64,000 nucleotides of DNA from the human T2T-CHM13v2.0 reference genome, Homo sapiens. Below are positions 56,815 through 64,000 of this stretch, piece after piece (within the stretch, counting starts at the first letter, position 1; the number at the start of each line of letters is the position of its first letter). The position numbers were made by a program, and so were the translations under genes. The notes under the pieces were generated by a model. That model made no database searches. It had not been told where the DNA came from and was given only the letters and a program-made list of their open reading frames with translations. Location of the stretch: assembly GCF_009914755.1 (NCBI RefSeq), contig NC_060932.1; one strand, written 5' to 3'.

Positions 56815-57127
56815 GTCTTTCTAAAACACAATCTTAGATTCTTATTTTTTGCCTACTTCTTTTGCATGAATTAGAAATGTAAAATCGAGAGTAAAACTAA
56901 AGACAAAAATATGATGATAATACGATTTCATTAGATTATGAAACAATTTCAAACTTACGTCTTGGTGTGGGAGAATTACTCTGAACAGGGACTCTTCATG
57001 GAGTCCAGAGATACTGGGAGTCTTCAAACACATGCAAAGTCTTTCTAAAACATAATCTTAGATTAATATTTTTTGCCTGCTTCTCCTTTTGCATGAATTA
57101 GAAATTTAAAATCAAGAAAAAACTAAA
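56815..57127. repeat. ~88-bp diverged direct repeat with ~137-bp spacer
   Basis: 56815-56901 similar to 57039-57127. Confidence 0.9.
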
Positions 57128-57510
57128 TAGAGCATAGAAGAATTTTTCTAAATTTGGATAATAATGCTTAGATATAATTAATACTCAGAATATGTTGAAA
57201 CAGAAAATGATAAATGATTGTACATTGCAGCTAATAGTATTTCACCATTTAATTATTCAATTTATTAAAGCTTTGTGATGGTAAAATTGTATTTAATCAC
57301 TAAGGTTTATTTTCTTGCTGCTCTCACCATTTTAAATATTTGAAAATGTCTGCTTTAAGTATCTGCATAAGTTGGAGAAATATTAACTAGCATAAAGTTT
57401 ATTTTTTAATTTTAAAATGATGCTGATGATAATTTTGTGGTAGTTGTTTTCCCTGTTGATCATAAATTGATAAAAACATAGAGGTTTTGGATTTAATAAG
57501 AGACAGATGC

Positions 57511-57741
57511 TGTCTGAATCCATTTGTGCTGCTATAACAAAATATCTTAACTGGATAATTTGTAAAAAACATAAATTAATTTTTCCACAGCTATGTAAGC
57601 TGGAAAGCCCAGATTAAGGTGCTGCCTGGTGAAGGCCTGATCTCTCTGCTCCCAAAATTGTGTGTCTTGATGCTGCTTCCTCTGGACAAAAGGAATGCTG
57701 TCTTCATGTGACAGAAGGCAGAAGGGCAAAAGGGAGGGAAG
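57511..57741 (-). mobile_element. MST/MLT1A-type MaLR LTR, 3' part
   Basis: tgtctgaatccatttgtgctgctataacaaaata...gctggaaagcccagattaaggtgc. Confidence 0.85.
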
Positions 57742-58072
57742 TGCTATGGTTTGAATGTGTTGCCTCCAGAATTCAGGTGTTGCCAACGTGATGGTAGTAA
57801 GAAGAGAGACCTTTAAGAGGTAATTAGGTCACAAGGACTCCTTCCCTCCTGAATTGGATTAGGTCCCCTTATAAAAAGACTTGATAGAAAGAGTTTGTCT
57901 CATTTTTCCTTTCTGCTTTCTGCACCATGTGGGGCCCAGCATTCCTGTCCTCCAAAAGATGTAGCTTTCAAAGCACCATTTTGGGGGCAGAGAGAGCAGC
58001 CTTCACCACATACCAAAGTACACAGTCTTAGGTATTAATATTTTGTTATAGCAGCACAAATGAACTAAGACA
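57742..58072 (+). mobile_element. MST/MLT1A-type MaLR LTR, near full length
   Basis: tgctatggtttgaatgt...ttgttatagcagcacaaatgaactaagaca. Confidence 0.88.
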
Positions 58073-58159
58073 GATGTTTTCTTGATTAGAAAGATGAAAA
58101 AGTAGATTGAACTAACAAATGTACAATATTTTGGTATTAATAACATCTCATTTCTGAGA

Positions 58160-60650
58160 TAAGCTTTGTAACATAATTTGAAATCAGGAAGTGTGATGTC
58201 CCCAGCTTTGTTTTTCTTGCTCAAGATTGCTTTGCCTATTCAGGATATTTTCTGCTTCCATATGAATTTTAGAATTGTTTTTTCCATTTCTGTAAAAAAA
58301 AAAATTAGAATTTTGATAGAGATTGCATTGAATCTGCAGATCACTTCAGGTCATATGAATAATTTAATATTAATTTCTTCAACCCATGAATACAAGGTAT
58401 CTTTCCATTTATTTGTGTCTTCTTCAATTTCCTATTCAATGTGTACAGTTTTCTTACCTCCTTGGTTAAATTTATTCCTAAGTATTTAAAATATTAAATA
58501 TTTTTTTGTTGCTGTTGTAATTGACATTTTTTAAAATTTCTTTTTTTCAGATATTTTGTTAGTGTATGAAAATGCAACTGATATTTGTAGGTTGATTTTG
58601 TTTCCTGCAAATTTATTGAATTTGCTTATTAGTTCTAACAGTTTTTTTGTTGGCGTCTTTAGGGTTTTTTTTAAATATAAGATTATGTCATCTGCAAAAA
58701 GATAATTTTACTTTCTTATTTGGATGTCTTTAATTTCTTTTTCTTGTATAATTGCTCTCATTAAAACTTTTACTATTATGTTGAAGACAGGTGAGCATCC
58801 TTGTATTGTTTTTGATCTTAGAGAAAAAGTTTTCCACATTTTACTGCTGAGTCTAAAGTTAGAGGTGGTCCTGTGATATATGGTCTTTATTGTATTGAGA
58901 TACTTTCCTTCTGTACCTAATTTGTTGAGAATTTCTATTTTTGAAAGAATGCCTAGTTTTGTAAAATGCTTTTTCAGCATTTATTGAATTGATCATATTA
59001 TTTTTATCCTTTATTCTGTTACTGTGGTATATTACATTGTTGATTTGCATATATTGAATCATCTTTGCACCTCAGGGATAAATCCCACTTAATTATGTTT
59101 TGTGATCTTTTTAATATGCTATTGAATATGGTTTGCTGATATTTCATTGAGTTTTTTTGCATCCATGTTTATTAGTGGTAATGGCCTGTAATTTTATTTT
59201 TTTGTAAAGTCTTTGTCTTTGCTATCAGGGTAATGCTGGCCTCCTCAAATAAGTTTGGAAGTGTTGTCTCTTCAATTGTTTGAAAGCAGTTGAGAAAGAT
59301 TGGTATTAATTTTTTTTAATGGTTGGTAAAATTCACCATTGAAGTCATTTGACCCTAGATGTTTTTTCCTTTTTGTTGGGAGGTGTTTAATTACTGAGTC
59401 AATTTCTTTACTCATTGATTAATCTCCTCAGATTTTCTATTTCTCCATGAATCAGTTCTGGTAGGTTCTATTTTTCTAGAAATGTATCCATTCTTGTAGC
59501 TTATACAATTTGTTGGCATATAATTGTTTACAGTAGTTTTTTTATGATCTTTTGTATTTCTGTGGTATCAGTCGTAATGTCTCCTCTTTAATTTATAATT
59601 TTATTTGAATCTTCTTTTTCTTTAGTCCATCTAAAGTTTCATAAATTTTGTTTATCTTGTTAAAAAATCTCCTACTTTCATTGCTTTTTTCTGTTGTTTT
59701 GCTAGTCTCTGTGTCATTTACATATGCTCTAATATTTATTACTCTCTTCCTTCTGCTAACTTTGGGCTCAGTTTTTTCCTTTCCACATTCCTTGAGGTAT
59801 GAAGGTAGTTTATTTATTTGAGATCTTTTGTTTTACTTAATGTATGCATTGATAGCTACTATTTTTTTTCTTAGAACTACTTTTGCTGCATCTTATAAGT
59901 TTGATATTTTGTGTTTCCATTTTCATATGTCACAAGATTTTTTTTTTACTTCTCTTTTGATATTTTCTTTTACCCATTGGTTGTTCAGGAGTGTGCTGTT
60001 TATTTCCACATATTGTGAATTTTCCATTTTTTCCTATTTTCATCCTATCATGATCTGAAAAGATACTTGATTAAATTCAGTCTCCTTAAATTTGTTCATA
60101 ATTATTTGTGGCCTAACGTATGATTTATTCTGAACAATGCTCTGTGTGCACTTAAGAAAAACATGTATTCTGCTGCTATTAAATGGAATGTTCTGTGTAT
60201 GTCTGTAACTCCATTTGGTCTGTAATGTTCAAATCTGCTGTTTCTTTATTGATTTTCTGCCTGAAAGATCTATCTAATAGTGAAAATGGGGTATTATAGT
60301 CCCCTACTGTTATTATATTGCTGTCCAATTCTTCTTTCAGTTGTTAATATTTGCTTTATATAGTTAGGTGTTCTGATGTTGGGTGAATATATATTTACAA
60401 TTATGTCCTCTCAATGGATCGACACTTTTGTTATTATAAAATGACCTTGTTTGTCTCTTGTGACAGTTTCTGACTTAAAATCTATCTTGCTTGTTACAAG
60501 CGCAGCCACCCTTGCTTTCTTTTGGTTAAGATTTGCATTGAGTAGGTTTTTCCATCCCTTCACTTTCAGCCTATGTGTCCTTAAAGCTAAAGTGATTTTC
60601 TAGTAGGCGCATATAGTTGGATCTCGTGTTTTATGATCAGCCACTCTGTG
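58160..60650 (-). mobile_element. L1M ORF2 fragment (endonuclease to post-RT)
   Basis: ORF pieces KKNKAGDITLPDFKL and LNKLGTEGKYLNTIK; antisense EN-region sequence near 60.2-60.6 kb. Confidence 0.9.
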
Positions 60651-60989
60651 TACCAAGACTCATTCATAACTCCTTCTTTACCCTAGCACTCACAATGAAT
60701 AAGTCACTAAATTCTGTCTAAACTTTTTTATTTTTTTGCATTACCACTTGGTTTTTATTTATGGACGTTCACCTATTGTTTATTTGCCATCATATATAAA
60801 GCATTATTATAAACAAATTTTTTGTCTACATTTTTATGTCCTAAATATATCTCTCTAGAAGTAAAATTTCAAAGTCAGAGGATATGAACTTGTGGAGCAA
60901 AATACAGTTTCTAGGCATTGTGAAATTATAAAAATGAATAAACCGTGACTCTGAGATCTACATTCACGTATTGAATTGTCATTTTGAAG

Positions 60990-61900
60990 GCCTTATAAGG
61001 GCATCTTCTACCATATCTGAAATAAAACTAACTCTTGGTTTCCTCTGCTGATCTGTCCCACTAATAAAACCTCTTAAACTGTTCTTTTTCCCTTCCTCTC
61101 TCTCAATAAATGAGACTAGGAATTATCCAGATGAGTAAGTGACAAACCTAAGCATCATACTTGATGCTCATACATTCTGTCCCTTTTACACCACTGTATC
61201 AGTAAGTCTTTTCAGGTCCATCTCCAATATATATCTTGGATCTGTCTGCTTGGTTCCATTTTTACTGATGTCGCTTGTCTCCAGGTCACCATAGCTTCTC
61301 GCTTTGATACTTCAATAGCCTCCTTGGCAGGTTTGTATCTTCCACTACTTCTGCATGCCAGCCTAGTATTTACATAGCTGCTGAAATGCTCTTTTCAAAA
61401 CACAAACTGATTTCATTTGTTGCCCCATTAATCTGTTTATTGACTTAGCATTGCTCTTCAAATAGAATCTAAACTCCTTAACAATGTTACACATGGCCTG
61501 AGGGATCTGGCCCAGCTCAGTTTCTCAATGTTCATTATTTCCAAAGTCCAGCCCTTCTCACAGTTCTCTGGCTCTTTCACTTTCTTGTCAGTTCCTCTTT
61601 GTTCCTCAGGTTTTCTGATATTTGCACATGTTTGTTTCTATTTGGACAGTTCTTTCCTAACTAGGCTTGTTACAAAATTTTATGACAGCCTCCGTTGCAT
61701 ATTTTGTTTACCCTTGCATTTCTCTGAGAGATGCCTGCTATGAACACCCTATGTCAGGCATTCTGCAACCCCACCACAAACTCATAATTGTTCTATTTTC
61801 CAGTATAGTATGTAACTATATATTTAATTTTTTTATTACAAAGGGAATTATATCCTATGCTCATTCTGTCATTTTGAACAGTTCTCAAAGTTATTGCTGA
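60990..61900 (+). mobile_element. L2 fragment
   Basis: aaacctaagcatcatacttgat, cttcaatagcctcc, aaatagaatctaaactcctt. Confidence 0.7.
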
Positions 61901-62159
61901 AGCTTAACCAAAATGAATGTAGATAGCAATGTGACCATATAAAATATTTTACATTTTTGATTGTAGAAATAATATGTTTATTGCAAAAGAAAGTAAAAAA
62001 TACATGGAAATATTAGGATAAAGTAATATTTACCTTAAATCCCACAACTTTGATATTGTAACCATTAACACCTCTGTGCCTACCCTTTCAAATTTTTATT
62101 TTTATATTCAATCAAGCACATTTATACTTAAATAATTGAGGTTATAACAAACATTCTTT

Positions 62160-62390
62160 GTTTCTACGGACATTTCTTTGACACGTGTATAATCTGCAGT
62201 GATCAAATCAGGGTACTTAGTATATCGAACACCTCAAACATTGATCATTTTTTTGTGTCAGAAACATTCAAAATCTGCTTTCTAGCTATTTGAAATTATA
62301 CAGTAAATTGTTATGATCATCCTTCAATTATACAGTAAATTGTTGTTATGATCATTCTATACATCCTTCAGTGTATAGAACACTAGAACA
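62160..62390 (-). mobile_element. L1MA 3' end fragment
   Basis: gatcaaatcagggtacttagtatatc...aaacattcaaaatc...ctagctattttgaaat. Confidence 0.75.
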
Positions 62391-62453
62391 TTTTTTTTTG
62401 TTGTTGTTTTGTTTTTAGATGGAGTCTCGCTCTGTCACCCAGGCTCGAGTGCA
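62391..62453 (-). mobile_element. Alu 3'-end remnant
   Basis: T-tail + agatggagtctcgctctgtcacccaggctcgagtgca. Confidence 0.85.
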
Positions 62454-62720
62454 CCAAATATCAAAATTTTAAATAGACAGAATTTTTATGACACTGCATT
62501 TTTTTTCAGTGGGTTTAACTTCCTAGCATCCCATGCTTTCTGAACCACCTGGTGGTCTGGTTCTCGCAAGGTGGATTTATAAGAGTTGACAATGGTATGT
62601 GAACCAACTGGATAATGCAGGGCTTTATACATACTCATGTTTTTTTATTATATAATTTTTATTAAGAGGTTTTATTTTCCACTTGGATCAAAATATGGGA
62701 GGATATTTGGTAAGTAAATA

Positions 62721-63070
62721 TAGTCATGTGTCACTTAACAGGAGTAATTCTGAGAAATGAATTATTAGGTGCATTTTTATTGTGCCATTTTATTGGCATT
62801 ATTATTGTGCCAATGTCATAGGGTATACTTTACACAAACCTGATAATACAGCCTAATACATACCTAGGCTATATAACATAGCTATTGCTCCTAGATTGCA
62901 AATCTCTCCAGTATGTTACTATAGGTTATTGTAACACAATGGTAAGTATTTATGTATCTAAACATAGAAAAGATACAGTAAAATATGGTATTATAAACTC
63001 ATGGGATCACTGCTATATGTGTATCCCATCATTGACCAAAATGTTGTTATGCAGTGCATGTGCATGACTG
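62721..63070 (+). mobile_element. Tigger3a-like TcMar DNA transposon
   Basis: agtcatg...catgactg inverted ends, TA on both flanks, ttctgagaaatg motif. Confidence 0.85.
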
Positions 63071-63219
63071 TATATGTATGCACAGTTTTATTTTTGCTTC
63101 AGTTTGCCTTCTGGATCCACACTGGCATTGCTATGGATCCACATGGCACTGCTAGAAGAATAAATATATGAACACATTTAAACATCCATAAAGTATGATT
63201 GCGTATCTATTTAAATTAG

Positions 63220-64000
63220 TTTTTTATTTTTATTTTATGGGTTCATAGTAAAAGAATGTATTTATGGGTTAAATGAGATATTTTGACACAGGCATGCAAC
63301 ACATAATAATCACATCAGGGTAAATAATGTATCCATCACCTCAAGCATTTATTCTTTGTGTTATGAACAATCCAATATACTCTTTCAGTTATTTTTAAAT
63401 GTACCATTAAATTATTTTTGACTATAGTCACCCTATTGTGCTATCAAATACTAGGTCTTATTTATCCTTTCCATTTTTGTATACCCATTAACCATCCCTA
63501 CTTCCCCACCCCCGACTCCCTCTGCTACCCTTCCCAGCCTTTGGTAACCATCCTTCTATTCTCTATCTCCATGAGTTCAATTGTTTTGATTTTTAGCTCC
63601 CACAAATAAGTGATAACATGCAGTTTGTCTTTCTGTGCCTCCCTTATTTCACTTAACATAATGACCTCCAGTTCCATCCATGTTGTTGAAAATGACAGGA
63701 TCTCATTCTTCTTTTATGGATGAACAGTACTCCACTGTGTATATGTGCCACATTTTTAAAATTCATCTGTTGATGGACACTTCAGTTGCTCCCTAATCTT
63801 GGCTATTGTAAATAGTACTGCAATAAACATGGGCATACAGATATCTCTTCAATATACTAATTTTCTTTCTTTTAGGTATACACCCAGGAGTGGGGTCGCT
63901 GGATTGTGTAGTAGCACCCTTTTTAGCTTTTTGAAAAATCTCCAAACCACTCTCCATAGTGGTTGTACTACTTTACATTCCCATTAACAGCATAACAGGG
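63220..64000 (-). mobile_element. L1MA-type 3' UTR (runs off window)
   Basis: gagatattttgacacaggcatgcaa...aataatcacatcagggtaaat...ttacattccca. Confidence 0.9.

Overview
This is 64 kb of AT-rich primate (probably human) non-coding DNA, intronic or intergenic. I found no supportable protein-coding exon, RNA gene or CpG island; the recognisable ORFs in the track come from Alu, L1 or low-complexity sequence. The window is a mosaic of about 14 Alus, several old L1 blocks, L2/MIR relics, DNA transposons (MER5, MER30, Tigger3a), solo LTRs (MER50, THE1, MER31-like, MST/MLT1) and a decayed ERVL (LTR16/HERV16-like) provirus with readable protease, RT and RNase H motifs. The interesting signals are structural. 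(1) A ~1.1 kb composite templated insertion at 31.4-32.5 kb: AT minisatellite + copy of a nearby AluY with its flank + inverted copy of downstream DNA, bounded by a 28-bp direct repeat. (2) A ~310 bp retroposed sequence I do not recognise as a repeat, with a perfect 19-bp TSD, at 27.0-27.4 kb. (3) An 83-nt near-perfect hairpin inside an L1 at 21.9 kb. (4) An inverted double MaLR LTR with an apparent shared TSD. (5) A twin-priming-like inverted L1. I see no evidence for a new multi-gene system. Subfamily names and boundaries are from visual recognition and are approximate.
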